DNA of 64,000 bases from an uncultured bacterium (GTDB taxonomy: Bacteria; Oederibacteriota; JAAXVQ01; JAUVAV01), in assembly GCA_963710755.1 (NCBI GenBank), contig CAVQBK010000002.1:32001-96000 (forward strand), written 5' to 3'. Positions 19,961 through 30,443 of this stretch are shown one piece after another. Each line of letters begins with the position of its first letter. Positions within the stretch are counted from its first letter, which is position 1. The notes beneath the pieces were generated by a model. That model made no database searches. It worked only from the letters and a program-made list of their open reading frames with translations, and was not told the DNA's origin. The position numbers and the translations under genes were made by a program.

Positions 19961-20722
19961 TTAAGTACGGTTCAAGGTACTTTCGGGCAAATGCAGCAAA
20001 CGCCTCAGGGTCAGTGCATTTTGAACTGCATAGCCATACTGATCATTATCAAAGTAACAAAAAACATCTTTTCCGGCTAAAGCCCAATGGGCAATTGTTT
20101 CAGCCCAATCGCCCAGAACTTGGGTGCTGTAACTGCCCTCATAAGCATTACCAGGACCGTGTAAACGAATATAAATATAATTGGCACTCACCACACCCGG
20201 CGATAAGCGATGGTTAAAATCATATACACAAAAAGCCTGCTCATGATTTTCCAAAAGTTCATAAATGGATTGATCAAACCAGGAAGGATCTCGAAATTCA
20301 AAAGCCAACCGCTGGCCGCTTGGCACCAATTTGAGAAAAGCCTCCAACCGCTGCCGGTTGATTTTCCAGTGCCCTGGAAATTGTAGTAAAATCGGCCCTA
20401 ACTTACCTCCCAAAAGCCGGGCCCGGTCCAACAATGCGTGCCAGGCCTCGCTGACGTCCACTAATTTCTTCATATGCGTAAGGTATCGGGATGCTTTGAC
20501 ACTAAACACAAATGACGGTGGTGATTGCATTTTCCAGGTGGTAAAGTGTTCTTTCGGCGGAAGACCGTAGAACGTATTATTAATCTCCACGGTATCCAGG
20601 TGTTGGCTGTAAATCTTTAACCATTCACTTTCAGGGCTGGCGTTGGGATAAAAAACACCTTTCCAATGAGCATAATGCCATCCCGACGTGCCTATCCATA
20701 TCTTGCCTTGGAGCTTCATCAC
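19961..20722 (-). CDS. DUF72 domain protein
   Basis: IGTSGWHY, VEINNTFY, LLQFP, FEFRDPSW, YIRLHG, YFDND. Confidence 0.93.
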   Translation of the reverse strand: MMKLQGKIWIGTSGWHYAHWKGVFYPNASPESEWLKIYSQHLDTVEINNTFYGLPPKEHFTTWKMQSPPSFVFSVKASRYLTHMKKLVDVSEAWHALLDRARLLGGKLGPILLQFPGHWKINRQRLEAFLKLVPSGQRLAFEFRDPSWFDQSIYELLENHEQAFCVYDFNHRLSPGVVSANYIYIRLHGPGNAYEGSYSTQVLGDWAETIAHWALAGKDVFCYFDNDQYGYAVQNALTLRRLLHLPESTLNRT

Positions 20723-20905
20723 CTTAACCTCCTTACTTTTGGACCCCTTTTTTTAATGTGTCCTCCCCGGTTACCCACATTCCAATGCAAGACTGAAGGA
20801 ACAATGACCATCGCGAACTTTCACCTTTTGCATTAAAGTACCTCGGAATTTATTGCGGGATATTTTAATCCTCCCACTCCCCTGCTTCTGAAGTCCCAAA
20901 TCTCG

Positions 20906-23026
20906 CTAAAAAGCCGTGCCCAGACCGAAGTCGACCACATACAGGGGCTCACCCAATTGTTGGTTCCGGTCAGGATTAAAGGCCACTTCCAGACGTGCGG
21001 TTCCAATGGGCAACAGGTATTGCACGCCCATGCCCAGCCCTGGTCTAAAATTGAGAAAAAAATCTTCTAATGTGGCTTGCAGACTGGTGGCGCGCACCAG
21101 CGGCGATCGATTGCCCGATGGGGAGATATTGCCATAATCGAAAAAAACATTGAGATACCAGGGATCAATAACAGCCTGACGCCAGGCCACATTAAAGGTA
21201 TTGAAACCCAGCCCGCCGGCAGGTCGCCCATTGGGATCCTTGGGACCTAGTTCGGACTGGTTAAAGCTGCGTACACTGTTCTCACCGCCGTTAAAAAAAC
21301 GTTCTCCAACCGGCAAGGCCGTATCCGCCTGGGTCATTACAATCAATCCTCCCATAATACGCACGGCCAAAATGCTGCCGGGCATAACAGACCAATAGTG
21401 CCGGATTTCCCAAGTAGTACGGTAAAAAGCCAGTTGCTGCCCGTGCAAAGGGTCTACCATTTCTAAACCAGCCCGGGCCATGGTCCCCTTGCTGGGATAG
21501 AGCAAATTGTCCCGGTTGTCCCAGTGCCAGCCCAAACTGGCCGTCCCCACTTCATAGGAATCAGCCGTCTGAACATTCAGGGCATTGTAAGGTACTTCCA
21601 AGGCCACGGCACTAAGCACATACCCGGCAGTAAGGTCCATTTTTTCAATCCAAGTGGGATAAAACTGAATGCCAAGTCCATATTCACGGCGATTGTAAGC
21701 GGGTTCCATACGGTATTGGCCGAAGCCCAAGACCTGACCGGTCAACCCATTGAAGATAAAATCCGGATTTTGCAGCTGCACTTTCAAAGACCGGTCCTTA
21801 AAGGATATCTTGCCTTCCACATTGAGCTTCTGGCCAGAACCTAAGAAACTTAATTGCTCATAACCGGCCAGCAAACGCGCCAGTTCATAATTGCCCCATC
21901 CAGGCTCTACATAAACTTTGGCCATGGGATTTTCCGTCACCGTAACCAGCAGCACCCGTCTGCTCGCCGTTTCTTTTTCCATGGTCAGGGAAACGTTTTT
22001 AAATAAGCCGGTACGCAACAGTCGTAAAAAACTTTTGTCCCTCGCGCTTTGGCTGTAAAGCGCGCCTTGATGAAACAGCACCCGTTTTAAAATAAAAGCA
22101 GTGGACACATGCTGATTGCCTTCCACCCTGATACCGGCAATAGTGACCTGGGGACCGGGTATAACGTCCAAATGCATGGTAATCTGTCCCGGCGACGGGC
22201 CCATGACCCCGGTAATCGTGACTTTAACATCAGCATACCCTTGATCCAAATACAGTTGACGCACCTGCTGGTTTAGGATGGATTTTTTTTCTTCGATATA
22301 AGGTTGACCCTGCCACTTGGCGGCCAACTGTTTCCGGTCCTGTTCAGAAATCAATTTGGCCGTAGCGCCAAAATCAATTGTCTTGATAAAATAGCGCTGG
22401 CCCTCCTCAATGGCAATCAGCACAATGACCTGATTTTTTTGGTCAACGAAGGTCAATTGAGGTGCTGCTATATGAACATGTAAAAAACCTTCTTGTAAAT
22501 AGCGGTTACGGATTTCTTTCACACTTTGCTCCAGTACCACGGGCACATAAGTATCAGGGCCGGCCTCGTTATTTTGACTCAATTGCCGGCGGACCAAGTC
22601 TTTTAAATAATCCATCGAAAAATAGTGCTCTCCTTGGAAAATTATTTTTTTAATATGAATCTGCGATCCTTCCTGAATATCAAAGATCACTTTTGTCTGC
22701 CGCGGCCCTTCCTGGAAACGATATTCCACCTTGGCCTGGGCATAGCCTTCTAAAATATAATATTGTTTAAGGTAGTACGCCAGGTCATCGGCATCGGCCT
22801 GGTTTTGCCCCGGTTTCCTTAAGGCGGCAACAGCTTGTTGATTGTTTGCCAGCAGTTGGGTGGTACTGAAGGCATGATTGCCTTGCAATACGATGACCAC
22901 ACGCTGCGCTTCGGCATAGGCGTTCATCATCACGACCACTGTCAGCCCCGCTGACGTGGCCAGTACCCAGGACCAACGTTTAGTCCAGTTCCAAAACCAG
23001 CCGCAATCCGGCATTATAGTCATCAT
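20906..23026 (-). CDS. Omp85 family outer-membrane protein (TamA/BamA-like) with POTRA repeats
   Basis: POTRA repeats (GNHAFS, GEHYFS, GNQHVS), ERFFNGGENSVRSF loop, terminal GTAF; directly after a TamB-like gene. Confidence 0.9.
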   Translation of the reverse strand: MMTIMPDCGWFWNWTKRWSWVLATSAGLTVVVMMNAYAEAQRVVIVLQGNHAFSTTQLLANNQQAVAALRKPGQNQADADDLAYYLKQYYILEGYAQAKVEYRFQEGPRQTKVIFDIQEGSQIHIKKIIFQGEHYFSMDYLKDLVRRQLSQNNEAGPDTYVPVVLEQSVKEIRNRYLQEGFLHVHIAAPQLTFVDQKNQVIVLIAIEEGQRYFIKTIDFGATAKLISEQDRKQLAAKWQGQPYIEEKKSILNQQVRQLYLDQGYADVKVTITGVMGPSPGQITMHLDVIPGPQVTIAGIRVEGNQHVSTAFILKRVLFHQGALYSQSARDKSFLRLLRTGLFKNVSLTMEKETASRRVLLVTVTENPMAKVYVEPGWGNYELARLLAGYEQLSFLGSGQKLNVEGKISFKDRSLKVQLQNPDFIFNGLTGQVLGFGQYRMEPAYNRREYGLGIQFYPTWIEKMDLTAGYVLSAVALEVPYNALNVQTADSYEVGTASLGWHWDNRDNLLYPSKGTMARAGLEMVDPLHGQQLAFYRTTWEIRHYWSVMPGSILAVRIMGGLIVMTQADTALPVGERFFNGGENSVRSFNQSELGPKDPNGRPAGGLGFNTFNVAWRQAVIDPWYLNVFFDYGNISPSGNRSPLVRATSLQATLEDFFLNFRPGLGMGVQYLLPIGTARLEVAFNPDRNQQLGEPLYVVDFGLGTAF

Positions 23027-25703
23027 ACTGATCGCGCTCCGTTACCAATTTTAATAGGTCATTATTAAATAACACATTCTTGCCTATTTCATACTGCAAT
23101 TTCAAGGTTTCCTGGCCCCCTCGAGAAATATCCCTTCCCACTTCCAAATCAATTTTATCCAACAGGCTCTCCATGCCGCTTTTCATGCCCAACCAATTGG
23201 CCAAAGCTTGGCGGCTTAAATACCAGGCTGTATTCAAACCTGTTTGCAAAGCTATCTTCCGGCTGTTGGCCTGCGCCGGTGTTTGACCGGACAGCACCAG
23301 CAAAACCAGCTGGTCTTCCGGCAGTACCGGTTGAGAATTAAATAAGATTTGCGGTTTGGCGGTGGTGCCGCTGATGGTGACATTAATGTCATAGCCCCGC
23401 ATACGGCCTGTACCATTTAGGGCCAGCGTGATAAGTCCTGGCTGCGCCGGATCAAAACGCAACAACCCATTGGTTACGGTAAGCCGGCCAGCCGGCAAGA
23501 AGGCTTCAGCTTGATCCACATAGACAACGCCTTCCAATAAAGGCGTCTGCCCCGTACCCCTCAAGGTCAAGGCGCTGCGTAATTGACCTTTAACCAAATT
23601 GGCATCCACATAAAATGGGACTTGGTTTTTAATAGTAACATCAAAACGCATGGTGCTAAAGATGGGTCCTGGCAGGGAAAAAAGCGTGAAGACCGGGCCG
23701 GGCAAAGGGGTGTTTTGCCCTAAAAAACCGAGGACATCCAGAGGCTGCCAGTAGCGCCCTTCCGTAATCGTCAGTTGCCCTTTGACCAGCAGTACTTGCA
23801 GTGGCCCGGTAATGGACAGGGCTACATTGGAACGGACATTGGTCACATTATTTCGCCAGAGCAAAACATTTTCACCGTTCACTTGCACACTTAACATTAT
23901 GGCTTGTCCCCATTGAACCTGGCCCGATAGGCTCAGCGCTCCGCCGCCCAACCGGCCGTTAGCAGGATTAAGCGTCAGTTGCCCGTCATGCCAATCAAAA
24001 TTCAAGACTGGAAAGGTCGCCTGCTGGTTGGGTGATAAGCTTATGGTCACTTTTTTCAACCGGGCCCCGCCTTTTCCGGAAAGGCGTTGTTTAGCCAGCA
24101 GGCCTTCAAAAGTTGCGTTTAAATGTTCTGCACGTAAAATCAGCTTCCCCCCCGGCGCACGATAGGCTGGTTCCTTGATCTCCAAATTAGTATTAACCCC
24201 GCCCTTGGTCAAGCTGCCGTTATAATCCATGCTGCCCGAAGCGATACCATCCCACCCCGGTTGCGCCAACAGTCCGGCCAACGGTTCCAGGGCCAGGGTG
24301 TGCATGGTTAATGTCAGTTGAACCTGTGCATGGTCATGATCCGTCATCCATGACCATGGATTAAATTGCAGGTGCGTAATCTCCAGATCGCCTTCCGGTC
24401 CCAAGTTCATCTGGCCGGCGACCGTCAATTCGCCGTTCTTTTGCAGTTGCCCTTCCATTGTAAAGTGATGAGTAAGCGGCTTCGCCCATTGTGGCTTCCA
24501 GCCCAGGGACCGGATCAATCCCGGCAGATCATTGGATTCTACCTTCAAATGTCCGCTCATATGGTCAGGCCATGATTGGTCATTGGCATATTTTTTAAAT
24601 GTCCCAGGCCACTGCCAGTTGCCCAGTTCTACCCGCGTATGCCCCTGTTCCAGAATCGCATGGGACATCTGCCAGGATCGGCCCTTCTTTTCGATGGCCA
24701 TATCGGCCCTATCGACTGGACGTCCCAAGATCCTTCCCTGACGCCACTCTAACTGCATTCGGATCTGCGCTTTTTCCCAGTTCCAACTTGTCATTTGAAG
24801 CTGCCCTTGCAAATTCACCCTTCCTTGAAGGTTTACAGGTGCCAGCCAGTTGAACATATCCGCTTCGGTCACTTGATTGATAGTGGCCTTCGCCTGTGCA
24901 GTTTGCCGCCGGTTGGTGATGGTCCCCGACGTTTCCAGCATCAGGTCAGTACTTTTCAAAGCAAATGTGAAGTTTCCCTGTTTATTAAATTCCCCGCCCA
25001 TACGCAGCCTCTGTCCCAAAGGTGATGACGGTGACAAGGTCAATTTATTAAATCGGATGGCATGATTGCTCCAGACAAGGGTAAAGGCCAATTGAAAATC
25101 ACGCTCCACCTTGTTCATGGCAATGTGCAGCTGGTCACTCTGGCCACTTATGGTTAAGGTATCCGCGTCAGCATTCGTGCCAAACCAACTGTTAAGGTGT
25201 AATTGTTGGACATTGATCTCAGGACTTTTAAAATTTAGAAGTCCATCATGTAAAATAATTTTCGGCCAGGCCCAAGGTCCGGCCCAGGGTTGGCCTACCC
25301 GGCGAGGATGGATTGATGGCTCCACCTGAATATCCACCTGCACACCAGTGGCCTCAATTTGAGAGTCGGTTATGATGGCATCAGCACCTTTAGTCCAGCG
25401 CGTCCAATCAGGACGGAAGATTATTTGGTGTGCTTGCAGCTTTTTTATCGGGCTTTTCGTATCAATTCCTTTCATGCTTAGGTCTATCACGATAATATGA
25501 TTCCAGTCCGGTATTTGGACAGCACGGAAGCTGACAGACTGGTGCAGAAGAACACGGGTGATCACAGGTAGAAAGTGGCCTACTATGGCTTCGCGCAGAG
25601 GCTGAGAGCTTAAACAAATGCTTATGCTCCCTGCGCCCACCAGCACCGGCACCATAACCCACAAAAGTATTTTAAAAAAGCTTTTGCTGTTTTTTTTAGC
25701 CAT
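22980..25703 (-). CDS. TamB-like translocation/assembly module protein
   Basis: N-terminal TM anchor, beta-rich body, C-terminal ISGTTAKPQILFNSQPVLPEDQLVLLVLSG (DUF490-type). Confidence 0.82.
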   Translation of the reverse strand: MAKKNSKSFFKILLWVMVPVLVGAGSISICLSSQPLREAIVGHFLPVITRVLLHQSVSFRAVQIPDWNHIIVIDLSMKGIDTKSPIKKLQAHQIIFRPDWTRWTKGADAIITDSQIEATGVQVDIQVEPSIHPRRVGQPWAGPWAWPKIILHDGLLNFKSPEINVQQLHLNSWFGTNADADTLTISGQSDQLHIAMNKVERDFQLAFTLVWSNHAIRFNKLTLSPSSPLGQRLRMGGEFNKQGNFTFALKSTDLMLETSGTITNRRQTAQAKATINQVTEADMFNWLAPVNLQGRVNLQGQLQMTSWNWEKAQIRMQLEWRQGRILGRPVDRADMAIEKKGRSWQMSHAILEQGHTRVELGNWQWPGTFKKYANDQSWPDHMSGHLKVESNDLPGLIRSLGWKPQWAKPLTHHFTMEGQLQKNGELTVAGQMNLGPEGDLEITHLQFNPWSWMTDHDHAQVQLTLTMHTLALEPLAGLLAQPGWDGIASGSMDYNGSLTKGGVNTNLEIKEPAYRAPGGKLILRAEHLNATFEGLLAKQRLSGKGGARLKKVTISLSPNQQATFPVLNFDWHDGQLTLNPANGRLGGGALSLSGQVQWGQAIMLSVQVNGENVLLWRNNVTNVRSNVALSITGPLQVLLVKGQLTITEGRYWQPLDVLGFLGQNTPLPGPVFTLFSLPGPIFSTMRFDVTIKNQVPFYVDANLVKGQLRSALTLRGTGQTPLLEGVVYVDQAEAFLPAGRLTVTNGLLRFDPAQPGLITLALNGTGRMRGYDINVTISGTTAKPQILFNSQPVLPEDQLVLLVLSGQTPAQANSRKIALQTGLNTAWYLSRQALANWLGMKSGMESLLDKIDLEVGRDISRGGQETLKLQYEIGKNVLFNNDLLKLVTERDQYDDYNAGLRLVLELD

Positions 25704-25788
25704 GCCAACCTTCCCGCGCAGGTTTCTGCTCCTCAATACTGTCAAGGCACTCTTCGTATCGACTCTCCCGTCTTTTGCAGCAGCCTAT

Positions 25789-26076
25789 TCAGGTCCGATC
25801 CTCCAGCGCTTGGGGTTTGTAATGGAGCATGTCATCCTTGCCGGGATGGTCATCAATGGTCATGCTAATGAGCACCCGCGGTGCCTGGTCCAAGACCTGT
25901 TGGCGGCATTGATCTATCAGCGTCATTATGTCCTGCCACCTGCCCTCCACGACTGTGCCCATACTGCCGATTTGATGGGGCAGTCCACTATCCTTGATTA
26001 ATTTAGCCACCGCTTTTAAAAAACCACTTAAATGCTCACCCACACCGACCGGTGTAATTTGAAATTGAACCAACAT
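25789..26076 (-). CDS. MTH1187/DUF77 thiamine-binding family protein
   Basis: ITPVG...SGLPHQIGSMGTVVEG...RVLISMTIDDHPGK. Confidence 0.88.
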   Translation of the reverse strand: MLVQFQITPVGVGEHLSGFLKAVAKLIKDSGLPHQIGSMGTVVEGRWQDIMTLIDQCRQQVLDQAPRVLISMTIDDHPGKDDMLHYKPQALEDRT

Positions 26077-26342
26077 CACGCTACCCCCCCCACGCCTTTC
26101 CCTGCCACTTAGGAGTTTGACGGTTCTCTTGTTAATGCCAGTCACAAAGAAAAACTTTACATTTTTGACCTTTTTAACAAGGCTTCTGTTCCATCCCGTT
26201 ATGCTGTTACACTATCTTACCTCTCTTCGAGATCATTTTAACTAGTACCTGGTTTTATCTTCTATTTCACTGCACACCTTTTTCCGGCTTTTGGGTTCTA
26301 ACTAAAAGAGAGTGATTATGTCATATAAAAGGAGGCGCTGAA

Positions 26343-27071
26343 ATGAAACATACTTATCACCAAAACAGCAGAAGCAAAACCTTAACACGTCCTCCGATTA
26401 TGGCGGCAGGACGTTCTCCAGAGGAGACACAAGCATTGGAAGTGGTGATCAAATGCGATTCCTATGGGAGCGTGGAAACATTGACCGCCGTGCTCTCTAC
26501 TCTTCCCCATCTGAAAATCATTCAGAGCGGGATTGGCCCCATCAACCATTCCGATCTGCTTATGGCCAAGACTGGCAGTGGTCTTATCATTGGATTTAAT
26601 ACAAGGGTTCCTATATCTTTACAGACCGAAGTGGCCAAGGAACATCTGGAGGTGAGGTTGTATGGGGTTATTTATACGTTGCTCGCTGACGTAAAAACCA
26701 TCCTGGCCTCCCAGGTCCAGCAACACCGTGAGCGCAAGGAATCCATCCTTGGCTTGGCCAAGGTCATCCGCTTGTTTCCCGGCAGCCGTCATGGGTTGAT
26801 CTTGGGGTGCGAAGTGCTGCAAGGAAACCTGGTCCTGGGCAAGCCATTGCGCATTATCGCCCCGGTGGGCGTTATTTACCAAGGTAAGCTTGACTCCATG
26901 CATATCGAAAAAGAAGCCGTTAAAAAAGCCGGCGTCCGCCAACAGGTGGGCATTAAGATCAATCATTTCGAGCAGGTTCATCCGGGTGACCTAATCGAAT
27001 GTTTCGAGCCGGTCGCTCAAGTTCGCCACAACGTCTGGCATCCCGTCGGACAAGTGCTAACCATCACTTAA
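26343..27071 (+). CDS. stand-alone IF2 C-terminal (C1+C2) domain protein lacking the GTPase domain
   Basis: VVIKCDSYGSVE, SGIGPINHSD, IIGFN, VIY, GCEVLQG, IYQG, GDLIECF align by eye with IF2 LKADVQGSVE/GVGGITETD/VGFN/VIY/GCMV/IYEG/GDVIEVF; own AGGAGG; no P-loop. Confidence 0.85.
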   Translation: MKHTYHQNSRSKTLTRPPIMAAGRSPEETQALEVVIKCDSYGSVETLTAVLSTLPHLKIIQSGIGPINHSDLLMAKTGSGLIIGFNTRVPISLQTEVAKEHLEVRLYGVIYTLLADVKTILASQVQQHRERKESILGLAKVIRLFPGSRHGLILGCEVLQGNLVLGKPLRIIAPVGVIYQGKLDSMHIEKEAVKKAGVRQQVGIKINHFEQVHPGDLIECFEPVAQVRHNVWHPVGQVLTIT

Positions 27072-27115
27072 CCTACTCCTCAGCACTTCTAAAACAGTTC
27101 AAGCGGCCGTGGTAA

Positions 27116-27631
27116 TCAGGGATGCGTTTCAAGGCGCTGCTTTAAAAGCAGAGCCAGATTTTCCATTTCAAAATAAACATTATCCATTTTGAAGTAATAA
27201 TGGGCATACATGGGTATAATTCTGACAATGGTGTATAAAGGATCTTCAGGACCGTTTTGATAGTAACGCTTCCAGAATTTTCTCCACAATTTTTGTTTGA
27301 TCAGCTGATTTTCCACCACTTCCGCTTTTCCGCCAATCATAAAGCCTTCCGCATTCTGAGGAAGGCAATAATAGGCTGAAACCATGGGATTATGTTTGAT
27401 ATGGCTTATTTTGGGGGAATCACTATCTGTATTAAAATAGATCCTGCCCCCATAGAAATCACCTTCCAGGTCTCCCAACAGATCGCGGTACTCCGCCTCA
27501 TTCCACATGTTCAGCAAAGCCCTGACGTGGGGACGGCCTTGAGGATCAATAGTGCCAAGATAGAATACCTTGGTTTTGCGCTGTAAGGCCTGTCCTTTTT
27601 TCCAGGCCTCCTCCATGGTCATTGCACTCAT
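27116..27631 (-). CDS. pyridoxamine 5'-phosphate oxidase-like / general stress protein 26 family
   Basis: LGTIDPQGRPHVR, YFNT...SPK, NPMVS, YYQNGPEDP. Confidence 0.85.
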   Translation of the reverse strand: MSAMTMEEAWKKGQALQRKTKVFYLGTIDPQGRPHVRALLNMWNEAEYRDLLGDLEGDFYGGRIYFNTDSDSPKISHIKHNPMVSAYYCLPQNAEGFMIGGKAEVVENQLIKQKLWRKFWKRYYQNGPEDPLYTIVRIIPMYAHYYFKMDNVYFEMENLALLLKQRLETHP

Positions 27632-27643
27632 TCGTCCACCTCC

Positions 27644-29044
27644 CTAAGTCGTACTGGGGTTAAGCTCTCCCTGTTGTTTTTGCCATAGCTGGTGGAGACT
27701 GAAAATGACGTCATAGCTTAATGAAGGAAAAGACCATACCATTTCACTAAGCTGGGTAATAGTCAACTTCTGTTTAATGGCTAAAGCCAATAGGTTGATG
27801 ACTTCGTAAGCATCGTGACCCAATAAATGAGCACCCAGCAAACGTCCGCTTGGTTGTTCCACCACTATTTTATAAAAAGCATGTTGGTACCCAAGCCGTT
27901 GAGTTTCATGCCGACTTGAGGCGTCAATGCTGAGCACCATTTTCCCCTCCAACGCACGCTTATCATCGTCTGGCTTAAGTCCCACGGCGGCCAAAACGGG
28001 CTGGGTAAACACGCCTGAAGGAATAACGTCATAATCCGGTGTGCAGTCATTGCCATGGAGAAGATTGCAGGCAATGACCCTACTTTCCATCTCTGCTACT
28101 GGGGTCAATTGCCTCGATCCGGGCAAAACATCACCACAAGCATAAACCGCTGGATTGCTGGTACTTTGCAGATATTGATTAACTTCAATGCCTTGATTGT
28201 TGACCTTAACTTGTCCGGCCTGAAGATCTAATTCCTGCACATCCGGTATCCGGCCGGTAGTGTTTACCACCACCTCAGCCTCTATTTTTTGTTGTTTTTG
28301 CGGACCGGCCAGAGTAAGCACTATCTGGTCCTTTTCCTTATCCTTTTCCAAAGCGATAACCTTGGCCATGGTTTGGATTTCAATACCAGTATTTCGGCTG
28401 GCCTGATTCAGTTTATCCACCACTTCTTTATCAAAAGCACGCAAGGTTTGTTCCGTGGCTTCTAAAATGACCGCGTCACCACCAGCATGCTTGACCACAT
28501 GGGCCAGTTCATAGGCAATATAGCCGCCGCCAATAAACACCACTTTTCTGGGTAAAGTCTGAAGATTTAGAAATCCATCGCTGCTTAGGGCCAGCTCTTT
28601 TCCCGGTATCTCAAGGGCCGTGGGCATGGACCCCGTTCCTATCAAAATATGCTCTGCCTGCAGGAGTTGCTCATTGACTGTTATTTCGTGCGGTCCAGTG
28701 AAATGGGCGGTGCCGGAGTAATAATCAATACCCAGAGTTCTCAGCTTATTTTCTGTGGTTTGGGGGATGGTTTCCATCATTTTTTCTTTAAAATGCATGG
28801 CCCCGTGCCAATCCATTTGGCTGCCGTAACTCATACCTTTGCCTTCCATGTTGCCCAATCGTTCCACCAACTCCGCCAAACCCGTCAGGACTCGTTTGGG
28901 ATTGCATCCTCGCAGGGCGCAGGTCCCTCCTAGTGGCCGTTTCTCCACCAAGGCCACTTTCCAGCCGGCCTTGCTGCAAATCTCAGCAGCGGTCATGCCT
29001 GCTTCTCCCGAACCGATCGAAATAAGATCATATTTTTTCATCAT
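27644..29044 (-). CDS. pyridine nucleotide-disulfide oxidoreductase (glutathione reductase-like)
   Basis: IGSGEAG, GGTCALRGCNP (CxxxxC), IGGGYIAYE, YACGD, LTPVA. Confidence 0.9.
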   Translation of the reverse strand: MMKKYDLISIGSGEAGMTAAEICSKAGWKVALVEKRPLGGTCALRGCNPKRVLTGLAELVERLGNMEGKGMSYGSQMDWHGAMHFKEKMMETIPQTTENKLRTLGIDYYSGTAHFTGPHEITVNEQLLQAEHILIGTGSMPTALEIPGKELALSSDGFLNLQTLPRKVVFIGGGYIAYELAHVVKHAGGDAVILEATEQTLRAFDKEVVDKLNQASRNTGIEIQTMAKVIALEKDKEKDQIVLTLAGPQKQQKIEAEVVVNTTGRIPDVQELDLQAGQVKVNNQGIEVNQYLQSTSNPAVYACGDVLPGSRQLTPVAEMESRVIACNLLHGNDCTPDYDVIPSGVFTQPVLAAVGLKPDDDKRALEGKMVLSIDASSRHETQRLGYQHAFYKIVVEQPSGRLLGAHLLGHDAYEVINLLALAIKQKLTITQLSEMVWSFPSLSYDVIFSLHQLWQKQQGELNPSTT

Positions 29045-29253
29045 CGCCCTCCTGCCTTTGTTGATGATAATAGGTTTTAATCTCAGTAATGTTATAAAAC
29101 ACAGTTATACCTAAAACCTAACCTCCCCCCCGCTTTTTACTGATCTTTTACCACTTTCATTTTGACCCCAGGCAGAGAGAACGGTTATACAAAGGCCCAT
29201 CTTTTGCCCAACATGCAAATGGTCCTCTTCCTCGTACGAGCAGAGAACGCTTA

Positions 29254-30396
29254 TTAGGGCTGATGATAAAGTTTGAAGGTGACGACCACGCCACCTTGAG
29301 GATGATTGGCAATGGCAAGCGTGCCGCGGTGATGATCCAGAATTTGTTTACAAATAGCGAGACCCAGGCCGGTACCCCTGGCCTTGGTGGTAAAGAAGGG
29401 TTCCATTAATTTTTCCGGTATGGTTTCCTTAAGGCCGGAACCATTATCCCGAATACGCACGGTAAGGGTCTTGTGCTTATCCATGCTGGCGCTGAGGTTG
29501 ATGCTTGGGTTTTCCGTTTCCTGTACCGCCTGAAAAGCATTCCACAGGAGATTAGTGACCACTTCCCGGAATTGCAAGGGATCCACATAAATTTTTTGAC
29601 CGGCTAAATTAAGATATCGTGTCCTGAGGCTGACCGGTTGACCAGCAAAGGCCAGCCGAATCGATTGCAAGGACTCTTTCAAAAGCGGCAGTACCTGGAC
29701 CCTATTGAACTGAGGTTGTTTCAGGTTGGCATAGAGCAAAATATTATTGATAATTTTCTGACTTTCGGCCACTTTCTTATTTACCCGGTCAAGGTGGCTT
29801 ATGACTTCCGGAGAACTCTGACGGCGTCGGATATTGTAAACCGCTGCCAAAATGACGCTCAGGGGGTTGCGTAACTCGTGGGCCAAAATGGCGGCCAACT
29901 TGTTGATATCTTCCATGCGCTGAACTTGCTGAGCTTTAAGGGAGGCCTGTTCATTTTCCAACTCGCTTTTTTTCCTATCCGACACCTCCTGCCACACCAA
30001 CATATAACCCTGCCGGCTATGACGGCTATTGCTCAGTGGCTGCACCATCCAGTCCCAGTAACGTTCACCACTTTTTTTAATACCCGACCAAGGCCAGCTG
30101 CGGCCATAATCCATGGTGGTCTGAGCACGGCGCCTGGCCAGAAGCATTAGATTCGTTAGTTCCTTCTGGGGAAACAAGTCGGAAAAAGCCTTGCCATAAA
30201 TTTTTTGGGGAGCGTGGCTGACCGCCTTGGCTAGTGCCCGGTTAACCACCGTAAACTTAAGATTTTTGTCCACAAAGGCCATTAACAGCCCTCTATGGTT
30301 CATCATAAAATCCCAAGTGTGGTGCCGCACCTGATCCTCCATTGCGGCCAGGTCATGGGCTGACAGGTTCATGGGATTACCGGGGAATGCTTGCAT
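29254..30396 (-). CDS. cytoplasmic PAS sensor histidine kinase
   Basis: PAS-like N-terminus, AHELRNPL, NLLWNA, DNGSG, PFFTTK, GTGLGL. Confidence 0.92.
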   Translation of the reverse strand: MQAFPGNPMNLSAHDLAAMEDQVRHHTWDFMMNHRGLLMAFVDKNLKFTVVNRALAKAVSHAPQKIYGKAFSDLFPQKELTNLMLLARRRAQTTMDYGRSWPWSGIKKSGERYWDWMVQPLSNSRHSRQGYMLVWQEVSDRKKSELENEQASLKAQQVQRMEDINKLAAILAHELRNPLSVILAAVYNIRRRQSSPEVISHLDRVNKKVAESQKIINNILLYANLKQPQFNRVQVLPLLKESLQSIRLAFAGQPVSLRTRYLNLAGQKIYVDPLQFREVVTNLLWNAFQAVQETENPSINLSASMDKHKTLTVRIRDNGSGLKETIPEKLMEPFFTTKARGTGLGLAICKQILDHHRGTLAIANHPQGGVVVTFKLYHQP

Positions 30397-30443
30397 GACT
30401 TGCTCCTTAGCCTTGTATCCGGTGGGTCTGCCCTAGGGAAAAA

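Noticed and set aside
20771-20833. 20-codon minus-strand ORF MQKVKVRDGHCSFSLALECG
   Set aside because: Too short, with no close RBS or recognisable motif.
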